From an uncultured Planctomycetaceae bacterium (GTDB lineage: Bacteria; Planctomycetota; Planctomycetia; Isosphaerales; Isosphaeraceae), in NCBI GenBank assembly GCA_963833985.1, contig CAWIAD010000002.1, positions 1,472,001 through 1,536,000 of the forward strand: a DNA stretch of 64,000 nucleotides, given 5' to 3'. The first letter of the stretch is position 1; every line of letters starts with the position of its first letter. A program made the position numbers and the translations under genes. The notes below the pieces were generated by a model. The model did no database searches. It had not been told where the DNA came from and saw nothing but the letters and a program-made list of their open reading frames with translations. Positions 33,545-47,060 of the stretch are shown here, piece by piece.

Positions 33545-34498
33545 ATGCGCGTCATCGTGACGGGAGGAGCCGGTTTCATCGGGTCGAATGTGGTCGATCG
33601 GCTGCTCGACGACGGAGCCCGGGTCACCGTGGTCGACAACTTCGACGACTTTTATCCTCGTGCCGTCAAGGAGGCCAATCTCGCACAGGCGGTGAGCAAT
33701 CCCCGTTGCCGGCTCGTCGAAATGGACATCCGCGATGCCGCCGGCGTGGCCCGGCTGGTGGCGGAGTGCCGGCCGGAAGTGATCGTCCACCTTGCCGCCC
33801 GCGCCGGTGTGCGTCCCAGCATTGAAGATCCCGCGCTCTACGCCGACGTCAATGTCCTGGGGACCACGCACTGGCTGGCAGCCGCGTCGCGGCTGGAGCC
33901 CCGCCCTCGGTTCGTCTACGCGTCCAGCTCCAGCGTGTATGGCGAGCGAACGGACGCGCCGTTCCGCGAAACAGACCGAGTGGACCACCCCGCCAGCCCA
34001 TACGCCGCAACCAAGAAGGCGTGCGAGCTTCTCGCTTCCACGTTTCACCACCTTCATGGTCTACCGGTGACCGGGCTGCGGTTCTTCACCGCGTACGGCC
34101 CGCGAAACCGGCCGGACCTGGCGATCGCCAAGTTCACCCGGCTGATCGATAGCGGCCAGCCCGTGCCCCTGTTCGGCGACGGCACGACGCGGCGCGACTA
34201 CACCTACGTCGCCGACATCGTCGACGGCGTGGTCCGCGCCATCGAGCAATGCGCCGGTGCGCACATTTACAATCTGGGGAATTCGCACCCTGTCAAGCTT
34301 CTCGAGATGATCGAGGCCATCGCCAAGGCTCTGGGCAAGGCCCCGAAAATCGAGCGCCTGCCCGAGCAGCCGGGCGACGTGCGGCAGACGTATGCCGACA
34401 TCCAGAGTGCCTCGGCAGAGCTGGGCTACCAGCCAAGGACCTCCTTTGCCGATGGATTGGCCAGCTATGTCGCGTGGTATCGGGCCAACCGGACCTGA
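33545..34498 (+). CDS. NAD-dependent nucleotide-sugar epimerase (UDP-glucuronate 4-epimerase-like)
   Basis: TGGAGFIGS, HLAARAGVRPS, ASSSSVYG, SPYAATKK, RFFTAYGPRNRPDLA, RDYTYV, QPGDV. Confidence 0.9.
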   Translation: MRVIVTGGAGFIGSNVVDRLLDDGARVTVVDNFDDFYPRAVKEANLAQAVSNPRCRLVEMDIRDAAGVARLVAECRPEVIVHLAARAGVRPSIEDPALYADVNVLGTTHWLAAASRLEPRPRFVYASSSSVYGERTDAPFRETDRVDHPASPYAATKKACELLASTFHHLHGLPVTGLRFFTAYGPRNRPDLAIAKFTRLIDSGQPVPLFGDGTTRRDYTYVADIVDGVVRAIEQCAGAHIYNLGNSHPVKLLEMIEAIAKALGKAPKIERLPEQPGDVRQTYADIQSASAELGYQPRTSFADGLASYVAWYRANRT

Positions 34499-34539
34499 GC
34501 TGAATTGAGCAGTGCAGTCCAGTGCAGTGATGCACGCAG

Positions 34540-34673
34540 TGCGCGCTCACTCGGGGGCAGGCATTCCGGCCCGCCGGAGCAGGCCTGCCCTGGCAGACAG
34601 GAATGTCGGCAGACAGGAAAGTCGGCGCCCCGAAACTCTGAAACCGACTGCACCCCGTCAGAAAACCGCTCTG
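34540..34673 (-). repeat. REP-containing MITE-like element, copy 2 (inverted)
   Basis: Reverse complement aligns with copy 1: CAGAGCGGTTTTCTGACGGGGTGCAG...GACATTCCTGTCTGCCAGGGCAGGCCTGCTCCGGC...GGAATGCCTGCCCCC. Confidence 0.8.
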
Positions 34674-35041
34674 GCAGGAATCAAAGTGCATCCGGACCTT
34701 GTTCGCGAAGCACGCTTGGGCCCGGACTGCCCGCTTGACAATCACGTCGAACCCCTTTCAGGGAATTGTTGGAAAATGTGTGCCCGGGACGTCTCAAGCT
34801 TCTGAACCTTCCCATCGAGCATTGCACACGTCCAACGCAGACGATGCCAAGGAAGCAGGCGAAGCCATGACGGGCGAGTGCAAGGATGCTCTCCCGGCAA
34901 TCGCTTCTGCCCGGGAACATCGATCACACGCGTTATCTCCAGGGCGCATAAGACGTTCGCGCTCGATCCGGTGCACCCTGAGCGTTTCACATGAGGCGTG
35001 CTCGCGTTTCTTGAACTGATTGACGTGGTTGATCCTCAAGC

Positions 35042-35058
35042 ACGGCATGGAAGTTGCA
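35042..35058 (+). promoter_or_regulatory. Sigma54-like promoter
   Basis: ACGGCATGGAAGTTGCA (GG-N10-GC, TTGCA) upstream of ptsP. Confidence 0.55.
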
Positions 35059-35181
35059 AAAAGACGAGGGTTCACCTCTGGAATGACTCCCCGCTGGTCT
35101 CGCCGCAGAAAGCCAGCGATCGAAAGAGGCAAGCATGAGCCGTGTGACATGGAGCCCGCGACGCCAATGAGTGTGCCATCC

Positions 35182-37535
35182 ATGGCTCATGAAAGCTCCT
35201 TGCTCCTGACGCTCGAGGAGATCAGCCAGCTCGTCTCGCATTCGCACAACCCCCACGAAACGCTGGGCAACATCGTGCGGCTGATCCAGGGGAGGTTCGG
35301 CACCGACGTCTCCTCGGTTTATGTGCTGGAGCCGGAGCGTGAAGAGCTGGTGCTCGCGGCGACGGTGGGGCTAGATCCTTCGGGCGTGGGCCGCGTGCGC
35401 ATGCGGTTGAACGAGGGATTGACCGGGCTGGTGGCGGAACGGATGAGCCCGATCATGGAGCCCGATGCATCGCTGCACCCGCGGTTCAAGTACTTTCCCG
35501 AGGCGGGCGAGGATGCCTACCACTCGTTTCTGGGTGTACCGCTCATCGAATCTGGTGTCGTTCAGGGTGTGCTGGTCGTCCAGACGATGGAGCGCAGGCC
35601 CTTCCTGGCCAACGAGATCCGCATGCTGGTCACGGTGGGCTCTCAGCTTGCTCCCCTGGTCTCAGGGCGCGGATGCTAGAGCGTGTGGCCTCGGCCGCTG
35701 CCGAGAACGAAGCAGCGCCCGCCGTCGCGGAGGGCACACCGGCTCCCCAATGGTTCCGCGGCTCTCCCCTGGCGCCGGGTTCCGGCCTGGGTCAGGCCTA
35801 CCTGATCGGCCCGAGTGGAACGCTTGCCGAGGTTGCCGTCACGGCCACAGCCGATCCCGCCGTGGAACGCGAACGTCTCGACCAGGCGATGGAGGCGGCG
35901 CGGGGGGAGATCACGCGGCTGAGCCGGCGCATCTCGCACCTGGTGGGCGAGGATCACAGCGCCATCTTGCAGGCGCAGCTCATGATCCTTCAGGACAGCA
36001 CGGTCGACCGCGACCTGAACAGTTGCCTGTACGGGGGAGCCAGTGCCGAGACCGCCTTGGCGCGGACGCTCGAGAAATATGTCGCGGCGTTCCAGCGTCT
36101 CACCAACCCGTTTTTCCAGGAACGAATCTTCGATATCAAGGACGTGTTCCGGCGTATCCTGTGGCACCTGCGGCCGCAAGCGGCTGCCTGGACTCCCGCG
36201 GCGGAGCAGATCGTCCTGGTGGCTCACGAAGCCTCGGTGCTCGACCTGTTCTCGGTGGACCTCGATCACCTTGTCGGGGTGGTCCTGGAACACGGAGGCC
36301 CGCACAGCCATGCCGTGATCATCGCGCGCAGCCTGGGCATTCCCGTGATCGGCCAGGTGGCCGGGCTCTTCGAGCAGCTCAGACCGGGACAGCTCTTGCG
36401 GCTCGACGGCGGCACCGGAGAGATCGAGCTGGATCCGCTCATCGCCGATCACGATACCGCGATGGAAGCGGAACTCGCCGGCCATGGCGAGGGTCCTGAC
36501 CATTTGCGGATCGAGTCCTTGCAGCCCCACCCCTCGCCGGGCGCGAACGGACGCGCTCATGGCGCGGGGGGCGAGCGGCCGGGAATGCCCCGCATCGACG
36601 CCAATGTCAACCTGCTCAGCGAGGCCTCCGCGGTGATCGCCAGCGGAGCCTCGGGCGTCGGGCTCTACCGCTCCGAGATGCTCTTCCTGGCCCGCCGCAC
36701 CTTGCCCACCGAAGAGGAGCAGGTCGAGGTCTACCGGAAACTGGTCGATACCCTCGAGGGCCGGCCGGTCACAATCCGCTCGTTTGATCTCCGCCCCGAC
36801 AAGCTGGCCCACGGCTCGACGGCCGCATCATCCATGGCGCAGACGCTCGACTGGCGGCTCGTGCTTCAGTCGCCGCTCTTGCAGCGACTGTTCAAGGAAC
36901 AGGTGCGAGCGATCCTCCGGGCCGCCGCCGCCGGACCGGTACGCTTACTCATTCCCCTGGTCACGCGATCGACGTTGCTGGAGTTCGCCATCTCGACGGT
37001 CGAACAGGCGCGACAGGAGCTTCTGAGAGAGGACCTGGCGTTCGGACGCGACGTACCCCTCGGGGTGATGATCGAAGTTGCGGCCGTGGCACCGCTCATC
37101 GACGCCTGGTCCAGCCGGGTCGACTTCTTCTCGCTGGGCACCAACGACATGATCGCCTCGGCGCTGGGGATCAATCGCGATGACCCGGTGGGTCCGCTGG
37201 GTGATGATCTGCTCCATCCCGGGCTGATCCGCATGATCGGCGAGATGATCGCCAGCGCACGCCGCGCGGGCCGGCCGTTCTCGGTGTGTGGAGAAATGGC
37301 GGCCGATCCCGAAGGTGCCGTCGTCCTGGTCGCGCTCGGCGCCAGCTCGCTGAGCGTCGCGGTGGACCGTGTGGCGCCCATCCGCAAGCTCATGAGCCGG
37401 CTGGACCCCGGTTCGCTCACGGCTCTGGGGGCACGCCTCTCCTCCGCACGGTCGGTCGCGGAGGTGAAGAAGATGGTCACCGCCGTGATGCCGGCCACCG
37501 AGTCTCGCGAGTGTATGGTCCAGGCCCCGGTCTGA
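35182..37535 (+). CDS. ptsP: GAF-domain PEP-protein phosphotransferase (EI-Ntr-like); frameshift near 35668
   Basis: N-terminal GAF (EGLTGLVAE, HPRFKYFPEAGE, SFLGVP); GGPHSHAVIIARSLGIP phospho-His; GVGLYRSE, MIEV, GTND, CGEMA. One G is missing in a G run. Confidence 0.88.
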
Positions 37536-37656
37536 TCCCGGAAATCCACGACCCTCTGGTCAGGACTGGCGTACACGCGAATAATAGGCTGAACTTGCCC
37601 AGGCCGTTGCATCGAGATTCCGCGGCCGATCGAGACCCATCCCAGGGGACAGACTC

Positions 37657-38292
37657 ATGAGGCGTTGGAGCGGCTGCCTCGGGGCACTTGCGGCGGGTTC
37701 TCTGGCCTTGCCATTCTTCTTGGCTGCTCCATCGGCACGCGCGCAGGCGGTGGGCTTTCAGCCTGTCCCGGCGCCGCTACCTAGCGGAGTGATGCTGAAC
37801 GTCACGCCCGCTGTTTCCGCCGACCGCCGCTACGTGCGGCTGAGCATCGGCGCTTCCTTCCAGACGATCGAGGGCTTCACCACCTACAGCGTGCCCGCCG
37901 CTGTGAGCGGGGGTGGAGCGGGGATGAACGGGCCGCTCGGCGCCATTCCAGGGCTGGGCGGAATCGCTGGCGCAGGCGGCGGCGCCGGTGCCGCGCGCCC
38001 GGCAGGCCTGCTCGCCCCGGCCCCTGCTTCGCCGCCGCCGCCGAATGGCTTTTCCAGTAGTGATCCCTTCGAGCAGGCGCTGCTGCGCAGCACACTCGCC
38101 GACCCGGCGGTCGCTTCGCTCCCTGCCCAGGACTCCTCCTTCGTGCCGCCGACGTACAACCCCCGCTCGCGCAGGAGAAGCGCCGCACGCCACCGTTCCG
38201 TGGGCCGCACGAACCCGTCTCCGGCCCGTGCGGAGAGTCGTGCCGCGAGCCAGCCGCAGGCTGCTGCCGGAGCACGCGGTTCCGGGAAGTGA
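37657..38292 (+). CDS. Secreted Pro/Ala/Gly-rich protein with a short secretin-like segment
   Basis: Signal peptide ending ARA-Q; GVMLNVTPAVSADRRYVRLSI, then a low-complexity tail. Confidence 0.55.
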   Translation: MRRWSGCLGALAAGSLALPFFLAAPSARAQAVGFQPVPAPLPSGVMLNVTPAVSADRRYVRLSIGASFQTIEGFTTYSVPAAVSGGGAGMNGPLGAIPGLGGIAGAGGGAGAARPAGLLAPAPASPPPPNGFSSSDPFEQALLRSTLADPAVASLPAQDSSFVPPTYNPRSRRRSAARHRSVGRTNPSPARAESRAASQPQAAAGARGSGK

Positions 38293-38322
38293 GTCCCCGC
38301 ACGCCTGAGTTCAGCCGGCTCA

Positions 38323-40381
38323 TCACCGCAAGAGGCACGGGGCGCCCGGGTGCGGTTCAATTTCGACCCGATTACGCCCCAGCGCCTTCGCCCGGTAGAG
38401 TGCGGTGTCGGCCCGGTTGAGAACCTGTTCGGCAGACTCCCCGCGTGCTGCCTCGGTCACCCCAAAGCTGGCGGTGAGCCTGCGCTCGCCGAGTTGCTCG
38501 GGAGTCGCCACGGCGGCGCTTTTTCTGAGTCGCTCGGCAATCAGCTCGGCCGTCTCCAGGGTCAAGCCGGGCAGGAGCACGACGAATTCCTCGCCGCCGA
38601 ATCGGGCCACGAGGTCCAGCGACCGGCACTGGTTCTGAAGAACGTCCGCAAACCGGGTCAGGGCCTGGTCGCCGACGACATGCCCCCAGGTATCGTTGAC
38701 CTGTTTGAAGTGATCCAGGTCGGCCATGATCAGGGAGCATGGCTGGGATGATTCGGCCAGTTTGTCCAGGTAGTGCGCCAGCATGCGGTCAAGGTAGCGC
38801 CGGTTGGCCAGGCTGGTCAGCGGATCGCGGTCAGCGGCTTCCCGTACCTGCCGAAACGCACTCTCGACGACCACGCTGGTGGTCGCGTCCGAGAAGACGG
38901 CAACGCCGCCGACCACCGTTCCATCGTCTCCGCGGACAGGCATGATGCGGGTGTCCACCGAGATTCGCCGTCCATCCTTGTGCCGCAGAAAAAGTCGTTT
39001 GTGAACCGGGCGGTCCTGCCGCATCGAGAGTTCCAAAGGGCACTCCCGGTTGCAGAGCGTGCAGCCGAACACGGCGGCATGGTCCAGTAGCCCGTCGAAG
39101 CACTGCCGGCCAAGCACCTCGGCCTGCGAGTAGCCAGTCAGTCTTTCGGCTGCCTGGTTCCAGAAGAGAATGGTCCGCCGGCTGTCCGCGTAGTACACCG
39201 CGTCGTGCAGTTGATCGAGCAGTCGCTTGTAGAAACTGAACTCCAGGGGGAACGTTTCCTTGGCGATCGGTACGGCCTGTCCCGGTGCCTCGGTTCGCCC
39301 GGTGCCTGGTTCGGACGCTCCATCTCCCCGCGTGCGGGAAGGAACGCTCGGGAGGGCCGGGGCCGTCACAGGGGCGGAGGCCGGCGCGCGGCCGTTGCTC
39401 AACCAGCCGTCCCCCTTCACCCCCATGCCGAGCGACGCTGCAACGGCACTTCGCTTGATCAGCGTGACCTCGTTGCCCGCGGGATTGAACGCCAGGGAAT
39501 CCATGAACGACTTCATCAGCAGCAGACCCCGGCCACTGCACTTCAGCAGGTCCTCGGGCTCGATGGGCCTGAGGGCTCCTGATGTATTGAAGCCCGGCCC
39601 GTCGTCGCGAATCACGAACCGCGAGCGGTCGGGTTCGTGGCTGATCACCATCCGGATGCGGCGGTCTCGATAGGCAGCCTCCGCGGCCCTCTGCCGCCCC
39701 AGTTCGTGGTAGCGCCGGTCGTCTTCCTCACGCAGCTCCGAGCAGAGCTCGAGGTTGCCGTGAAAAAGTGCGTTTCGCAAGGCCTCGTCCAGCGCGATGG
39801 TGATGCGCATGAGCTCGGCGGAGTCCCAGCGATCAAGCTGGGTCATCTCGTCCTGAAGGAACTCCAGAAGTGCGGGAATGACGTCCGGATCGTTGCCCAG
39901 CTCGAATCGCGATTCGCGCAGCACCAGCGTTTGCAGGCATTTTCGCTTCCAGTTTCCGGCGGACGCCGTGCGCAGGCGCGCGCCAGGATCGCGCGCAGGT
40001 CCTGGGCAAGCCTGTGCTTGGGCAGGTAGTCGGTGGCTCCCACCCGAAGCGCCTCCACGGCCGCATCCTCACTGCCATGTCCGGTCATGACGATCACGGG
40101 AATTTCAGGGTGGTGCTCACGGATGGCCCGGACGAGTTCCAGGCCTTCCATCCCTTCCATCTGAAGATCGGTCAAGACCACCGAGACGGTGTGATCAGCC
40201 AGCCGCGCCAGCGCACCGGCGCCATCCTCGGCGTAAATGGCCCGGCAGCGGGAATTCTGGTCGACGAGCCGGCCGGCCCGCAGCCGATCGATGGGGTTGT
40301 CGTCCACGACCAGCACCTCGGCGATTGCGCTGGGGGTGCCGGAGCGGGCATCGCTACTGGCAAGAGCCTCGGCAGACATGC

Positions 40382-40385
<4 letters not shown>
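38323..40385 (-). CDS. REC - RsbW-like HATPase - PAS - GGDEF diguanylate cyclase; frameshift near 39975
   Basis: REC (VLVVDD, VLTDLQM, ATDYLPK). Adding one C joins it to [12 protein letters not shown]...IRDDGPGF...GRGLLLM...GNEVTLIK, then PAS ([12 protein letters not shown]), DPLT.LANRR, RSLD I-site and RFGGEEF. ATGA overlap with the kinase stop. Confidence 0.85.
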
Positions 40386-44011
<3,626 letters not shown>

Positions 44012-44346
44012 GCAGGGTCGTTCCCGGACCGGACGTTCCCCGAGCGCCACCGAGACTCTTCGCTCCGCGCCGGGGGGATCCCGACCTCCAGAAGGTTAGG
44101 ACACGTCCACCAGACCGGGATGGAAAACGAAATCCGTAGCGCTCGAGCGCGGCATCCCCGTTGCCACCACGCTCTGGCGCAGCGCCGACCCGAGAATCGC
44201 TCCGCCGGCACCATGCGCTGGCGGGTCATCGCGGGTGGAAGCCGCCGGGCCCGAAGGTTCCCGGAGCAGGCGCTGCGACCCGAGCCGGGGACAACGGATG
44301 CACGCTGGTCCGCCGCGGGCTGAATTCGGGCGTGGATCGAGAACTC

Positions 44347-45195
44347 TCAGTGGGGGTCGACGTAGGCCCGGTCGAAGCGTTTGATGAGCGTGACCTCGTT
44401 GCCCCGGTCGTTGTAGCGAAACTCATCGACGAGGCCGCGCGCCAGCATGATGCCGAAGCCTCCCTCGCGCAGGCCGAGTTCGTTGCGGAGCTCGATGTGG
44501 CCGATCGGGTCCTCATCACTTGCGGCGTGCGGCAAATTGCGAGGGTTGAAGCCGGGGCCCTGGTCCTTGATGATCAGCGTCACCTTTTCCGGATCGATGC
44601 GGTAGGTGATCCGCAGCAACAGGTCGGGATTCTTGCGGTGCCCCCACTCGATGGCGTTCCCCCCCATCTCCATGATGGTTTGCTTGAGGTCCTTGATCTG
44701 GCGGTCCGTCAGCGGAGTGTGGGCGAACAGGTCGGCGAGCATGTCGTGTGCCTGCTGGAGATAGCTCAGCTCGCTACGGATATCGAAGTTGATCTCGCCG
44801 TGCGTTCCCCGCTTGAGATGTTCCTCGTGCCACTCCAGCGCCTTGTCGATCTCCTCGTACAGCCTCTCCGGTGTGAACGGCTTGCGCAGGTATCCGTTGG
44901 CTCCTACTCGTACCCCCGCGGCGCGATGCTGGTCATCCTGGAGTGCGGTGACCATGACGATGGGGATCAGGTTCGTCTCGCGGTTCCGCTTGAGCTGATC
45001 GCAGATGGCGAAGCCGTCGATATCGGGAAGCATCAGATCCAGCAGGATCAAATCCGGCTTCTGCGCCGAAACGGCAGGCCACACCTGCGCACCGGAGTAA
45101 AGCTGGATCGGTTCGAAGTCACGGACCCGAACGAGACTGGCCAGGATATCGTTGGTGTCGCGCTCATCGTCGACGATCAGAACGGTGCGCGGCAT
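44347..45195 (-). CDS. Response regulator with RsbW/SpoIIAB-like HATPase output domain
   Basis: [56 protein letters not shown]. Confidence 0.85.
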   Translation of the reverse strand: MPRTVLIVDDERDTNDILASLVRVRDFEPIQLYSGAQVWPAVSAQKPDLILLDLMLPDIDGFAICDQLKRNRETNLIPIVMVTALQDDQHRAAGVRVGANGYLRKPFTPERLYEEIDKALEWHEEHLKRGTHGEINFDIRSELSYLQQAHDMLADLFAHTPLTDRQIKDLKQTIMEMGGNAIEWGHRKNPDLLLRITYRIDPEKVTLIIKDQGPGFNPRNLPHAASDEDPIGHIELRNELGLREGGFGIMLARGLVDEFRYNDRGNEVTLIKRFDRAYVDPH

Positions 45196-45788
45196 GGGAA
45201 CACTCGAAGGAACGACGATCTTTCGAAAAAACGATGCCGGGTGCCGCCCAAGGCGACGGGACTTCTACCATTCTCACGCGCGAGATCAAGCCTGGCAAGA
45301 GTTTGGAGTACGCCGGCAACCCACTCCACCGCTTTCCCGGCCAGACCCCGGCATCCCGGCCCTCAAGGATCTGGTCCCATTCCGCCGTCGCAGAAACCCC
45401 TCCGGGGCAGCTCGAGCGTCTCCCCGACGACGCAATTGCGTGCCTTCACCATTCCATGACTCAATCCACTTTACAGACACCTCCACCGACGCCAGACGGA
45501 ACTCCGCGGGCGCTTGTTCGCCCCGCGACGGATTCAGCGAACCGGTGCGCCGCCCTTGCTCATCGGCCTCGCGGCGCGTTCCGGCCAACCTCCGACCACT
45601 GAAAATCGTCTTCAGGTGGGACGCGCGCCCCGTTTCCCGTTAGCTCTCTTGCGAGCGCCCCGACCCTCGCGTCACAATACACTTTCCTTTGCTCCGGCAA
45701 CTCTTTGTGTCGCACGGACGGAACGGCCGCCCCCGAAGCCGGCCAGGTTCCGACGGCTCGCTCACCCGATTGAGGGGACCATGAAGGC

Positions 45789-46493
45789 ATGAATGTTATC
45801 AAGATCATCGATACGTTCGGTAATATCGTCTACATGGCCCTCGGTTTCCTGGCGGTGTGGGGAGTTTACAACGCGATCCTGCTTTATCGCATGCTCAGCA
45901 AGAAAACATTGAAGAACCCGGAGCAGCTCATCCAGCAGGTCCAGGAGCTCTGCCAGGCGCGCAAGTTCGATGCGGCGCTGAGCGTTTGCCAGAGCCCGCT
46001 GTACTGGCACAAGGCGCTTGCACAACTCATTGCCGTGGCGTTGCGGAATCGCGACAAGGGGCTGGCGAAGATCAAGCAACTGCTGGTCACCGAGTTCCAT
46101 ACGGAGGTGATCGCGGGCATGGAGAACCGGCTCGCGTCGATCTCCACCATTGTCCGCATGGGGCCCTTGCTGGGCCTTCTGGGCACGGTGGCCAGCATGA
46201 TCGCCGCATTCAATCGCATCGGCGGCGCCGAGCAGGTCAACCCGCGCGCGCTGGCCTCGGACATCAGCCTCGCGCTCTGGGCGACGGGCGCCGGCCTGCT
46301 CATCGCCAACCCGATGATGCTCATCGGCAACGACTTCCACGCGCGGCTGCGAAGGCTGAGGGACCGCACGGAGGGGCAGCTCCAGGAGATTCTCGAGATT
46401 CTCGAGTCACTGGAAGCTTCCGGCCCGGCGCCGGTTGCCCGCGGTCTCCGGCCGGAACCGGTCGCCGCCCGGGCGGGAGCACAGAGGCCCTGA
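45789..46493 (+). CDS. exbB: MotA/TolQ/ExbB proton-channel protein
   Basis: GPLLGLLGTVASMIAAF, ISLALWATGAGLLIANP. Confidence 0.88.
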   Translation: MNVIKIIDTFGNIVYMALGFLAVWGVYNAILLYRMLSKKTLKNPEQLIQQVQELCQARKFDAALSVCQSPLYWHKALAQLIAVALRNRDKGLAKIKQLLVTEFHTEVIAGMENRLASISTIVRMGPLLGLLGTVASMIAAFNRIGGAEQVNPRALASDISLALWATGAGLLIANPMMLIGNDFHARLRRLRDRTEGQLQEILEILESLEASGPAPVARGLRPEPVAARAGAQRP

Positions 46494-46584
46494 TCCAGGG
46501 CAGCTCTCACCGCTGCGCCGGCGGCTACCGGCGCTCGGCCCGTCTTTCAGAAACCCAAGGTCCCTGCCCGGTCCGTGAATCGCC

Positions 46585-47022
46585 ATGCTGCTCCGACGCG
46601 AAGCCACCGATGATCGCGACGAACACATCGACATGACGCCGATGGTCGATGTCGTGTTCCAGCTCATGACCTTCATGCTCTTCTCCGTTCAGATGACCGG
46701 CGGCGAGAAGGTGGATGTGCCGCCGGCACGGCACGGGGTGGGCATCCAGGAATCGATGGCCACCATCCTCACCTTGCTGAAACCCGGTGCGCCCGGCGCA
46801 GAGCCGCAACTCCTGCTGGGGCATGGTGAAGGCGCTGTCGTGACGCTCGACCAGGCCAGGAAAGCTGTGGCCGACGGCGTCCGCGACAACCGCCGCAAGG
46901 TCATCCTCCAGGCGGACGGCGACGTGCCTCACGGAGAGGTGGTCAAGGTGTCGGCGGCGCTGAGCGAGGTCGAGGGAATCACGGTCCACATCGGCGTGCA
47001 AGAGCCGATGGGTGCAAAATGA
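46585..47022 (+). CDS. exbD: ExbD/TolR protein
   Basis: IDMTPMVDVVFQLMTFML, ILQADGDVPHGEVVKV. Confidence 0.88.
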   Translation: MLLRREATDDRDEHIDMTPMVDVVFQLMTFMLFSVQMTGGEKVDVPPARHGVGIQESMATILTLLKPGAPGAEPQLLLGHGEGAVVTLDQARKAVADGVRDNRRKVILQADGDVPHGEVVKVSAALSEVEGITVHIGVQEPMGAK

Positions 47023-47060
47023 CGCTGCCGGATCTTTCTTGAGTTGAGGGTCTGCTTGCT

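Noticed and set aside
35660..35680. Programmed frameshifting in ptsP and other split genes
   Set aside because: No slippery heptamer or stimulatory structure seen; error is the simpler explanation given how many unrelated genes are affected.
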